Of a stretch of DNA of 64,000 nucleotides, positions 26,476-38,293 are shown piece by piece. Source of the stretch: Amoeboaphelidium protococcarum X5 (Eukaryota; Fungi; Aphelidiomycota); the NCBI GenBank assembly GCA_023515725.1, contig JALDTO010000098.1:1762164-1826163 (forward strand). Direction: 5' to 3'. The notes under the pieces were generated by a model, which was not told where the DNA came from, did no database searches, and saw only the letters and a program-made list of their open reading frames with translations. The position numbers and the translations under genes are program-made. How positions within the stretch are numbered: position 1 is the stretch's first letter; every line of letters starts with the position of its first letter.

Positions 26476-28599
26476 ATGTAAACTATTTCACGTGTCATTA
26501 ATCGTGTAAAGTAATTACTCCCTTATAATACAAGACTGGCTGATAATCGTCTTGCACCTCCTAAATATGACCATAATGTATTCGCCAAAGGCGGTATGAA
26601 TGTGGAACTAAACAAGATTATTGATCAAGAGAATCTATTCGCCTAACAAGTTCTCAGTAAACGCGATATTTTACAATGGAGAGACGGCTATCTTAAAAAA
26701 CTTAGTCATATCAGATAGTAATGCGCTGGTATCTATGACAGTTTCTACGACAATACGCATAAACAAATGGTGGATGATAGAACGTATTGTATACGCGATC
26801 TAGTCTATGGCTTTCATATGGCTGACAAAGCTGAGGAATTCACAAAGCTTTATGACATTTAGTAACTGAAAGAGCTCTTTAATGGCACAGAACAGTTGGA
26901 AAGAATCGATTTTAATGGTGGTAGAATGCTGGCAATACTTAGTCGACGTGGTCGGTCAGAGTAACTTATTCTACGCGTTATTGACTTGATGGACTATTAG
27001 TTTTATTGTCGCAAATTTGAAGGTGTTCATGACTTTATGATTTTGGATGATAGTAGAATCTTATTCTCTCTTGTCAACTCATAGCTTCACATTAACAGAG
27101 TGGATTGTTACTATTTGGATAGGAAGCAAGGGTCCGTGTTGTCTTCTACGTCTGATGCTACTTGTAACTTATAAATCGCACCATGTCAAAGTGGCAAATA
27201 CTTTACTCTGAGCTTAAATGGTATTTTAAAGAATCAAGTCACGCTGTATGATGCGGTATCGCTGCGTGCTCTATGGACATCGCCGTCCGATTTCGTGTGG
27301 TTCTGTAATCACTTCGAGGTGGATGGTGGCAGTGATGGTGTAGGTGCCCGGTTTGTTCATCTCACTAATAGTAGAGTTTTAAATTAAAGTGAAGAGAGTT
27401 AGCAGCTTTAATTGTTTGTACAATGGTGTGTGAATGGTCCATTTCAACAATTCCTATTTTCTAATGAAAAATTCATCATTAGTGATATTGAGCCAGCGGG
27501 GAAGTCTCGACTTCTGGTACATGGCAAGGTGGACGGCGTTCAAGTGATAAAGGCTTTGAATTTGTAGAACATGTTGATAAAGGACGTTGATATGTCTCCC
27601 GAAATGTAACACGAATTGCTTGACATTGAGACTAAAGTACAGGCAGAGGACTAGATAGACTTGCTGACTAGAAGCGCGAATTCAATTGAGTTATAAAGAT
27701 TAAATCCCATCACATCAGAATCTCAAATTGTGGCTTATGTGCAATTAGTTGGCGACTCTGATCTCTAAAGCTCAAGATTTGAAATAGGCGGCTCTTTTAA
27801 GTATCCTCAAACGCCAGTGACATTGCTGTATAGTAAAAAGATTTATAAGGACCCATGTAGTATAGAGAAGTTGCCGAATAACTCTAAAGTTCTATTTCTA
27901 AATTACAACACCTACGGGATCGACACTTAGCTCTCTTTTAAAGATCCCGCACTCATACCATTAGTCTTGAATGGTTGGATAATAGCAAGTGTTCACACTG
28001 TTGGCGGAGACTTTAAAGGATTATAGTGGCACTAATTAGGCGTGCAATCTGGCAAAATCGTAGCTTTAAAATAATTAATTTAAGCAGTAAAGCACTTTAA
28101 AGATCGCGGAGCTTTTATCGCAGGTCTGAGTGCAAGTGCTGGTTCGTGTCTGATGGCGGCATCGATGATTAAAGATTTAAAGTTATGGGATGCACTGGTG
28201 TTGCATTCACCATTCTTGGACGTGTCTGGTGCTTCTAGTCTAAAGGATAATACGCCACTGTCTTAATTCGAGTCCACGGAGTGGGGCACTGATCTGGCGC
28301 ATTTTTATCAGTATTGTCCGACGCAGTTATTGGATAATATGTCTAAAATTGATGAAAGCTGTCCACACTTGCTCATTACTGCTGGAATGCAAGATTAGCG
28401 CGTCAACTATCTATAATCTCTACGCTTTGTGAGTCGGCTTAGATCCAGATTGCCGCCATCACTGCAACAAAAAGCGCTGATCAAAATTATGAAGAATGGT
28501 GGTCACTTTGATTAGACATCTCTAGCCTCAGACGATAACGTATCCCAGTGGATGGCATTTCTCGAGTACGCATAGACTTAGTAGACGAAATAAAATTGA
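26476..28599 (+). CDS. Prolyl oligopeptidase family S9 (oligopeptidase B/PREPL-like), 707 aa
   Basis: VHTVGGDFKGLQWHQLG, nucleophile elbow SASAGS, HSPFLDV, EWG, LITAGMQDQRV and GGHF. Confidence 0.82.
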
Positions 28600-28671
28600 T
28601 GATGAATCTCTTGAATGTTGTACTAGTAGTAGACATTCTATTTTACTTAAATGTTTTAATATCAATCGAAA

Positions 28672-29240
28672 TCACACAGGTAATCGTGAGCCAGTTATTC
28701 TATCAACAATCTACACCAAAGTATTAAGTTAAATTATCTACTATAGTGAAGCATGACAACTTACCGGAGCTATTAGGGGGAGAGACAGCAGAAAGCCAAT
28801 GACAGGTAACCGCCTAAGAAATGACACCACAACTGGGAAAAAGTCTCTACACGCATTTTAATACATTACGCATGAAATAGAGTAATTAATGCACTTTTTG
28901 GATGATTATAATCTTACCCAAAAAGATTAATAAAACCAAAAAGCTGCACAAGTATACCAATGAGAACCCACTTGAACATTACCAGGACAATGCCCAGAAT
29001 GAAGCAGATTGTACCTCTCAACTTTCGCGGCTGAAAGAAGAAGCTCACAGTCTTACTGGGACCAATAATCATGGTTACTCCACTCAGAAATAGAAGCTAC
29101 AATGATATATTAAACATGGACATCCTCTGCGATACGTATATTATAGTTTACATTTCCCATAGCGAGTAGGCCGCTGTCAAATAGCAAGCTTCCAATGAGC
29201 ATAAAGAACAGTCCAAACGCAGTGAGTCCAACTCCAATCT
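28672..29240 (-). CDS. GOT1: Got1/GOLT1 vesicle transport protein, four exons (introns 29097-29151, 28847-28917, 28711-28764); first exon not identified
   Basis: IGVGLTAFGLFF...LLAMGN/LLFLSG...KLRGTICF...NLFG/DFFPVVVSFLRRLPVIG...LPV-TGA. Confidence 0.9.
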
Positions 29241-29291
29241 CTACTCTAATACAATATCTTACTGATACTAACATTTTATTAATTCTTACAG

Positions 29292-29736
29292 TACTATGGT
29301 TCAAAGAGACGTGAGTAGCGGTGAATCTAGCGTTCAAGGCACTTATAAGCCGGCATTTATGCAAATGATGAATGGCAAGAATGGTGGTGACGAAGTTGGT
29401 GCAACAATCAAACCTGTCAAATAGTAATAGTAGTTGCCTGCTCAGAATAAGAAGCAGGGAAGTGAAAATGATCTAGAGTACGGTACGATTAAACCAAAGG
29501 ACTAGATTCAGGCAAAGTAACATCACTCGAGACACGGCTTGAACTCATCAAAGCAAGATCTCGCCAACAATCCTTTGGCTAAGCCTCCATCTGCAGAGGA
29601 ATTGAATGAAATGCTGAAGGCTCTGGAAACGTCCATGGATAAGGAGATTTCCATGATCAAGACCAAGTATGAGAGAAAGAAGGAGCCAATTGTTGAGGCT
29701 ATGAAGACAAAGAGAGGTGGAATATAGATGTAATGA
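29292..29736 (+). CDS. C-terminal exon or fragment of a Hippo/MST (STE20) kinase with SARAH domain; no kinase domain in the window
   Basis: TMVQ...YKPAFM...GTIKP...SAEELNEMLKALETSMDKEISMIKTKYERKKEPIVEAMKTK matches the MST SARAH pattern. Preceded by TACTAAC..CAG. Confidence 0.75.
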
Positions 29737-30086
29737 ATGAATTATCATCTGATGATGCAATTAGATAGTGATAAGTGTCGCTTAAAGGTTTAATTGCACA
29801 TCATGGCTTGTTATTAAACATATCACAAAACGCTTCATATATCATCACTTTGATATCAAATGCTGACGTGTTGCAGCAAGATACGCGTTCTTTGAATCAA
29901 CTTTGACTCACGCGGCGGATCTTTCACAGTCATCACCGACTTCAATTCTACAGAGTGCCACATACTATTTTCTTTCCTAGTAGTTTTTTTGATCAACACC
30001 TGAAAACTAAAAAATAAGTTTTATCCCGAGATCGTTGGTCATTGGCTTTTATTTACTGTGTAGCATTGTTGTCTCAATTGATTAAA

Positions 30087-32162
30087 ATGACATCGCGATA
30101 TTCCCGTTTAAGCTCTAACACGCAGCGGTCCTCCAGTGTCAACTTGGACTTGAAAGAGTACTCACAATCTTAATTCAAGTTGTAACAAGACAGTGCCGGT
30201 GACAGTTAACAATAGCATTCATTATCAAAACTTGGAGTGCTCAAGCTGTTTAGTCTCACCGCTGTTTTACTTGGGCTTCAGTTTACTTGGACTATAGAAA
30301 TGTCTTATGGGACACCGTATCTCACCTCTTTTGGTCTGTCTCATACGCAATTAACTCTAGTTTGGCTATGTGGTCCTCTGAGCGGATTGATTATGCAGCC
30401 CATTGTGGGGATATTGTCAGACAGACATTAGGGCAGATTTGGTCGAAGGAGGCCATTCATCATGGGAGGATTTGTGTTGGTCATCTGCTCACTCCTCATG
30501 ATTGCGTATGTTCGTGATATCTCTCGCTGGTGGTTATTGCAGTCATCGTCGCCGTAATTTAGAAGTGGATTACCAACACCTAATGCTCATGATGGTCCAT
30601 TATCTGTATTTATAGTTATATTTGGATTCTTTGTGCTTGACTTCTCTATAAATATAGTTCAAGCAGCATCTAGAGCGTTAATTCTTGATGTACTACCTGC
30701 AGATCAATAGCAAGCTGGTAACTCTTGGGCATCTGGTATGATTTCCATTGGTAATATTGTTGGCTATTACATTGGATCTCTCAATCTATCTGATGTGATG
30801 AGTAAAAGCCTGTGGTCTTCATCATAAGAACAGTAATAGATTTTGTAGGATGAAGATTCCTTGAAATAATAATCTTAATCAGTGGAGGAACTTCATATGA
30901 AAGCCTTGACTTTGATTGCCTGTCTACTCCTCTCCTCATCTGTATTTATCACGTGTTATTCCATTAAAGAGCGACCATTTACTGGAGGAGTTATGCAGTA
31001 TTAGAATGCGGAGGGTGAGAGGAGAAATCTGTACTCTCATATCATACAACTAGTAAATACTGCTTTTAATCTTCCGCGATAGTTGCGAATGATTTGCATG
31101 GTGTAATTCTTTGCCTGGTTTGGATGGTTCCCATTTAACTTCTTTAGCACTGAGTTTATTAAAACGACTGCTCAATATTACGGCTATGGATCGAATGGTG
31201 CTCCGATCAGTGCGATGGATGCAGTTCGTCTAGGTAGTCGGACTCTGTTGATCTTATCTGTAGTATCATCACTATGCGCATTCACGCTGCCACCCGTGAT
31301 ACGGATAAGACAATGGAAGCCTCAGGTTGTATGGACTTTTAGCTTGTTCTTGTTTGCATGTATTCTGATTGCATCCTACATTGTGGTATCCGTGTATGTT
31401 GTCTATGATCCCACCATGATGCTGATGTGTTTTGTGTGCATCTGTGGTCTACCGCTTGCCGTAACCATGTGGGTGCCTTACGCATTGATCGGCGAGTACC
31501 TGTCACCTGCCACCAGTTTGTAGTAGAATCGTAAAAAGTCTTCTACACATGATCTAACTGATGAAGAAATCTAATTGTCTCTTGATGATAATGAGGAACA
31601 AAGAGCTAGTTGTAGCAAGTAGATATTACCAAAGTATAATGGAAATCCGGATAAGTAAGACCTTGGTAACATCAGTGGTCTTACTTAACAAGACAATCAC
31701 CATTTATCTTCTGGTATTGTTCTGGGCATTCATAATGTATACACTGTGTTACCGTAAATTCTATCCAGCTTGTTGACTTCTCTGCTCTTCTACATGGTGC
31801 AGGATGATGGTCGAGATCCTGGCAACATTGGTCTAGTATGGATGATAAGTGGAATTTTCGTTGTGGCTGGCGCGATTCTGTCATGTAGACTTGTACAGTA
31901 ATAATAACAATAATAATAGTAATTGATTACAGCTAATTAAAGTATCTTTGCTAGCTAGAATGTATTTCCCTGTGCGAACTAAGTGTGCAAGGGTGGATCC
32001 ACACTTGGTACTTGTAAGTTGCTATTTCGCTTGAGGATAGAGTTTATTCTATATACAACTCACCTATTTCAAAACAGGGATTTTGTTATATTGTTCAGAC
32101 AAAACAAGTCTACTTTTCATTAATTATTGTTCAAATCATACAACTTCATTGATAATCGTTGA
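30087..32162 (+). CDS. Sucrose/alpha-glucoside:H+ symporter (SUT1/SUC/SLC45 family); 3' end uncertain
   Basis: GLQFTWTIEMSYGTPYL, WLCGPLSGLIMQPIVGILSD, FGRRRPF, QFFAWFGWFPF and GIVLGIHNVYTVLPQ. Homology ends near 31900, but the first in-frame TGA is at 32160. Confidence 0.85.
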
Positions 32163-32851
32163 GTTATCCGCTAAGACAACAGCTGCTTCAAATCAGAATC
32201 TTGTCCATTTTAGGATAAATTCACATCAGACAGCGGCGAATCTTATAATTAACTCTAATCTTCAGCTATCCATAGATATCCATCCTGAAGGGAGAATACA
32301 GACTTCTACTAGATCAACTGAACCATGGACTATAAATTTTGAGAGAAATGCATCAGACGAGATGTAATAACATCCTTCAAGCTGGGTGCCATATACACCG
32401 TCCCCTCAAGAATATAATACGTCTCCAGCAATTCCACTTCAGTCTCAGATTTCCGCTTCTGCTTTCTAATCACGTATAATATTGGTTCCTATACATGTGC
32501 CAGTACATACTCCACGCCCACCATCCTGATCATCAAGTCACCCATCTCTGCCAGATTATTAAACTTGGTTTACATTTTCACAACTTCATTATTACACGTA
32601 CTACACTATTATTACATGAAATAAACGGTCAAGATATAAAATTTTATTATGAGAGATAGACATACGGATCGTAGAACTGAGAAGTGGCAAAGTAGTCCAG
32701 AGCATTCACAGCACCGAGTCCATAAGTCTACATACCACTTGTCATTAAGTGAATGCATTGACAAAATAAGGAATTTAACAGAGCTTACCTGAAGCCACGC
32801 GACATCACGGAAACTCTACCACTTGTGAGGAGTATCTGTATTCTGGTCCAT
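32117..32851 (-). CDS. MED6: Mediator subunit 6, 202 aa; introns 32728-32788 and 32601-32665
   Basis: LDYFATSQFYDP/TCNNEVVKMQ, GVEY...EPILYVIRKQKR and YYILEGTVYMAP. Confidence 0.92.
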
Positions 32852-33188
32852 TTGAGCGTTAAATTTAAGAGGCTGTATAAGATGTTAGCGTAAACCAACC
32901 AGGAGAAGTTGACGCGTTTTGTAGAGGAGATTTGATAAGTGAGTGTAAGAAGTATAGAGAACACCCAGAAAATTGGAGTGTCAGCTAATATGAAGCACGC
33001 AAATCTTTATGCTGATTGCAAAGACTTTCTTATGACAGTGAACTATCAATTATATTGCTGAAGATGCATTTGGCAATATGGAATGTTGGACAGTTCAAAC
33101 ATCATGAGCATTACGAAGGCGATCAAACTTTGTCCTTTTTGCACTAAATAGACATCCAGTAGAGAGTTTAATTTAATAATCAGGCATC

Positions 33189-34808
33189 ATGACTTTGTTA
33201 CAGATGGATGATAAAACTTTTGAGGTTATCAAGAAATTAGATTAAACATAGATTGCAGGATCTGTATTGAACATATAATTTGCTGATACTGCTCTAGTAG
33301 TGGATCAACTGACTGGTATTCCCAAACTTGCGCGTTAAAATCTCACGGTTACTGCTTAGAAGATAGTCGATTAGGATACCTTTACTAATGACGCTGATGA
33401 TGATGGTTTGCCTGATATTAATAAGCTTAATTTGAAAGATGATTCTACTATCAAGAGCATTAATTAATTCTCTAAATATGCAGTCATTTAATAAGCGCGT
33501 ATTATCACAAATTCAGAAAATGAACTGGTATCAAAAGTATTAGAATTGCATTTGAGAATAGATGATTTTGAATGGGATTATCGACCTGGAGATGCAATAT
33601 AAATCTATCCTCATAATGATGATAATCTGGTATAGTTATTGCTGGAAAGACTCGGTTACTCTATGAAAGATTTGCTGTTGATTCAAAGCTCTGATCAGGG
33701 GACTTCGAATCAACTACCACGAAGATGTTCAGCGTACGACCTGTTTAGTCAATACCTGGATATCTGCGGGCCTCTACGCAAAGCACTACTACGAATGTTA
33801 ATAGAATGCACTTAGGATGATATAGATAGACGCCGATTAATGTTCCTATGTAGTAAGTAGGGAGCCAACGCGTTTAAACAATTGTAATCAATGCAACCTA
33901 ATCTGCTGGATATTTTAATGACATTTGCGTCGTGTCAGCCGTCACTATCTCAACTGGTAAATTGCTTAAATCCTCTGGCACCAAGAAGCTTTTCCATAAC
34001 ATCTTCTTTACTTCATCAGTAATAAATTAATGCTGCTGGTAGATTGTCTAAATTACCATCTTCTTCATGTTCTGAGACATCCACCTCCACGGAATTGTCA
34101 ATCTGTGTAAAAATCATTGATTAAATTACAAGTGGCAATGAAGGTCAATCCTTAATTAGACGTGGTGTGTGTTCCTAGCATTTGATCTCCAGTCTGGCTA
34201 GTAGTCAATCTCTGCAATTGAAAGTTTAACCGCGTGTGATGAGCCATAATAATCTCTTTACTATCCCAGATTATGGATGTGATATGATTATCATATGCAC
34301 TGGTACTGGTATAGCCCCTTTTATGAGCTTCCTTCGTCACAGATACGCGTAAGGACTTGCCCATTAAGGAGATAATAAAGACATTATTGCAGATAGAGGA
34401 AAGATTTATATGTTTTAAAGCTGTAGATTACGAGATGCTGATTTCTTGTATAAGGATGAGTTAATTTAGTACTTGGAATGCAGTGTCATCACTGAATTAC
34501 ATGTATCTCTATCACGCGATATCGCAGATCAAAGTGACACTCAAGTCAAAGGACTTCATTATCATTATAATGGATATGTTCAAGATGCAATGCTGCTTAA
34601 GTAGGAGCTGATACACAAAATTTGTACCGCTAGTTCTGAAAGCAAAGTGTATGTATGCGGTAGTGCAAAGACTGTCCTTCCAGCAGTGAGATCCGTACTG
34701 AGTTAAATTCTAGAATCATCATCATCATCATCATCATTAGAGAACTTTTAAAGCATAACTCTGCAATAACTATAATAATCTTCAAGATTTATATGTGACA
34801 TTTGGTGA
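33189..34808 (+). CDS. MTRR: Methionine synthase reductase-like protein (linker plus FAD/NADPH domains, no flavodoxin domain), 539 aa
   Basis: YRPGDAI.IYPHND, RRRLMFLCSKQG, LLDILMTFASCQPSL, PRSFSITSS, GVCS, MICTGTGIAPF, YVQD, VYVCG and DIW-TGA. Confidence 0.8.
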
Positions 34809-34893
34809 ATAATATGTAGAAAAATATTGACATTATCAATTTTGAAATAACCGCCAAAAATGTTTATAGACTATATCTTAGTGTATTATTAGT

Positions 34894-35193
34894 TCATTTA
34901 CGCAACGATTAAGCTTCCGCGTGCCACTGACCACCAGGCTAGAATTCTTTTGCATAAATGAGCGCAGGAGACCATGACGTGGGTGGCTTTGAATGCTACT
35001 CACGTTAACTGCTCACATAGAACGCAGTCAGAGAAGCCGGCAGTATGAATCCAAGCATCACCTTTGCAGTATTAGATCGCCAGTATTTCGGGTCTGCCCA
35101 CCATCCACCAGTGCTACTTCACACCCACTTTGGATATCTGTACCTAGGTCCCGCAGGCTCTGCCCAATGTGATCCATCATGTCCACCTCCCAT
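34894..35193 (-). pseudogene. Small fungal complex I accessory subunit (NUUM-like) with an in-frame TGA at 35119-35121
   Basis: MGGGH...RYRYPKWV*SSTGGWWADPKYWRSNTA aligns to the family motif YPKxVWSPxGGWW..PxNW..NTA, followed by a single TM helix. Confidence 0.7.
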
Positions 35194-35371
35194 TTTTATA
35201 TTTTTTATACTAAAATTATACAGTAGTTTCTAAGCAGTCCACTTTACTTCTTCACAAAGAACTTATAAAAAGAAAGAGGACAGAGACTGAGAAATAAGAA
35301 TGCGAATATTCAACAAAGACGACGAGGCTAACTAAGAACCAGAAAGTTTTCGTTTAATATCTTATTATTGA

Positions 35372-35795
35372 GTGCAGTGAATCCAAAATTACTTGAAATA
35401 TGTCGAATTTAACAGTACTAGGCGATAATCGTCGTCAGAGCCAAATGGCCCTGATGCGCGCTCAAACAAAGCCAATTGGCTCTAGAGTAGGTTGAAGGAG
35501 AGCCACTAGATTTTACCGCTAAAGGTATAGACATTTAATGAGCTTCTATTTCAAACAATGCACCAATTGCAAATATAACTAGAATATGTCGAAGCCAGCA
35601 ACACTGGGCAATTATAGTCGTCAGAGCCAAATGGCCCTGATGCGCGCTCAAACAAAGCCAATTGGCTCTAGCTTAGATTGAAGGAGAGCCACTAGATTTT
35701 ACCGCTAAAGGTATAGACATTTAATAGAATCAAATTTTAGACTATGCAGTCAATCCAATTCAACTAGGATAATCTTGAAGCGAGCAGCACTACGC
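35372..35795. repeat. Tandem repeat with 186-bp period and a near-identical 109-nt core (35431-35539 and 35617-35725)
   Basis: The two cores differ at 3 of 109 positions. The intervening ~77-nt segments are related but diverged, and a partial third unit follows. Confidence 0.9.
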
Positions 35796-35957
35796 GGAAC
35801 CCTCATTTCAATCTTTCTCGCCCTTTATCTCTTTTAGTTCAAAGCGCGGGCTGATAAGTACGTTCTACTGTACTTGCTGTTTATTATTTTTTTTAAGATA
35901 GGATATTGTTTTGAATTTTATCATTGGTTCTTAAAAACCGGTAGTCGTATAAGGACC

Positions 35958-38234
35958 ATGAAGAAATGTATGTATCTTGTGGTTTTATCCTTGTTGACAG
36001 TCGCTCTTCTCTAGGTGTATGGTCGTCCTCCTGCTCCGCCTGAACATTTCGACTCGCCGTTCATTGAAGATTTGAGAGGTCCCCAGGCAGACTCCAAGTT
36101 CAAGACTGGCGCGTGGCTGGTTGAGTACTACACACCATGGTGTCCCATATGCCAAAAATTTGCACCCCAGTATAAGCAGGTGGCTCAAGCATTATTCGAT
36201 AAGGATGAATTGGAGTTGAAGAAGCGGTTCTCTCTGGATTTCGCTACTGATTATAAGCAGTTGGTACACATTGCCAAAGTCAATTGTGCTGTGCATTAGA
36301 ACACGCCTCACTGTGACATGCAGGCTCTCTCAGGATATCCGTCGCTGTATTTATTCTAGAACGGGAATCGAGTGGAGGAGTATGTAGGTGACCGCAATGC
36401 TTAGTCTGTTGTATTTTATTTGAAATCTAAAGGTCTTCTCACCGCTCCCTCTTCTGATGTGGCATCTTAATAGAAGAATCCTTAGTCAGGTGGATAGTAT
36501 ATCACGGATCTGACACCAGAGGCGTTTGAATGGTTTGTAAAGAATAATGCAGCGCTGGCTATTGTGGAATTTTACTCTAATATGTGCCATCATTGCAAAG
36601 CTTTTAAGCCTCATTTTGAACAGGTGGCAAAAGATTTAATCTCGTCTGGTGAGGCTGCCGACTTTAAAGCTTCTCATTACAGCAATATCATTGTGGGCAG
36701 AGTTGACTGTCTGGATTCCGATGCTGGTAACGGAGAGTTGTGTCAGGAGAATGATATATTTTCTTTTCCGACTGTGAGAGCATTCACTTTTGATGGGAAA
36801 GTGATCTAAACTTTTAATGGTGCCCCTAAGGCTGAGCCTTTCGCCTAATGGATCAAGTCTGTGATGAAGGAAGTTGGTTAGAAATATCCTCCCTCTCAGC
36901 AGACAATTTTACAGCCTTTGAAAGACCCTCTTAAGCCAGAACAGCTGGCTGATGAAGAATCTTCTGATGATGTTAAGAGTTAGTCGGAAGATAATGGTAT
37001 AAATACAATCAGTAAGAGTGATGGGCAGGTTGTCGTGTTGACGGATGATAAACTCAACTCTTTTGAAAGTACAATTGCTTAAGGACCGTGGTTTATTGAA
37101 TTCTACGCGCCTTGGTGCCATCACTGTAAGAAATTAGAGTCGGTATGGACTAAATTGGCGTAGGAGCTGAGAGATAGCACTAGATTTGGTAAAGTTGATT
37201 GCACTTCTAACACGGCGTTATGTAAGAGACATCAAGTCAAAGGATATCCGACTCTTTTATTCTTCTACAATGGTAAGATGGTGGCAGATTATCGAAATCC
37301 AAGAACTATTGAGATGCTGAAAGATTTTGCATCGTAAATGTCTAGGCAGATTGTTTAAAAGCTAACTGATGTGAATTAATTTTCCAAGTTGAACTCGCAG
37401 GATACCTCGAATATTATTTCCAGTGTTTCCATAGTGTTGTTCACTCCTGGTAAAATGTAGTAATCAGATGTAGATTCCTTTGAAGTTGTTGCAAAGAAGT
37501 ACTATCGTGATGCCAAGTTTTACGTGTTATCTGATCCATCTGGGTATACCAAGTATAAGCTATCCGACACGAGTAGTAAGTATATTGTAATTTTTAAAGA
37601 CAATACTTAAATATCTCAAAAGATCACGTCGATTGAGGATGATTTGGTATCAGAGTGGATTAGTCAGAATAGATTTCCCAGTGTAATTGCAATGAATGAA
37701 TTCAATTCTGCTGATGTTTTTGCACTGAAGCGACCAGTAGTTATGGGTATTTTGGCGAATGATCACTCCAAGGCTGAAATTTTGATGATGAAAGATGCCG
37801 CTGCAGCGTTGCCTCGTCAAAAGTCTACGGGATAGAATGGCTATGTGTTTGTTTGGATAAGTGGACTTTAGTGGGCCAAGTATATAGACGCTAATTTTGG
37901 TATTAAAGATTCTTTTAAACTCCCTTCATTGGTTATCATATCTCCGAACGGATAGTAGTATTATGACGGTTACCAAGATGGGTTGAAGTTTTAATTCACG
38001 TCCTCATAGTCCATAAAGATGGCCATTCAAGCTGTGGAAGATGGAGAATCCACTCCTAAAAGTCTTTCCTCTGACTCTGTAGCTGGTAATATAGTAAGAA
38101 ATGTGTAATAGTTTTTGGCCGAACATCCAATTTTATCAATGATAATGATCGTGTCTCTTTGTGCATTTGTCTACCTGGCCACTCGATAAACATCTGAAGA
38201 TTTGTCTAGCTATTTGCCAGTGAAAGCTGACTGA
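35958..38234 (+). CDS. Membrane-anchored multi-thioredoxin PDI-family protein (EPS1-like), 758 aa
   Basis: Signal peptide, CxxC sites WCPIC, MCHHC and WCHHC, a C-terminal TM and terminal KAD. Confidence 0.87.
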
Positions 38235-38293
38235 ATAAATATGTACTTTTTAGAGTTCCTGGTCATATTAAGGCACTTTTAATCTTTCAATGT

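Noticed and set aside
32881-33192. Frame with internal TGA (SLC*LQRL) upstream of MTRR as a selenoprotein or flavodoxin exon
   Set aside because: It has no start codon and no flavodoxin motifs, and it is not in the MTRR frame.
35431-35725. CRISPR array or hammerhead ribozyme
   Set aside because: There are only two long cores with related spacers in a eukaryotic context. CTGATG is not followed by A, and the GAAA core is missing.
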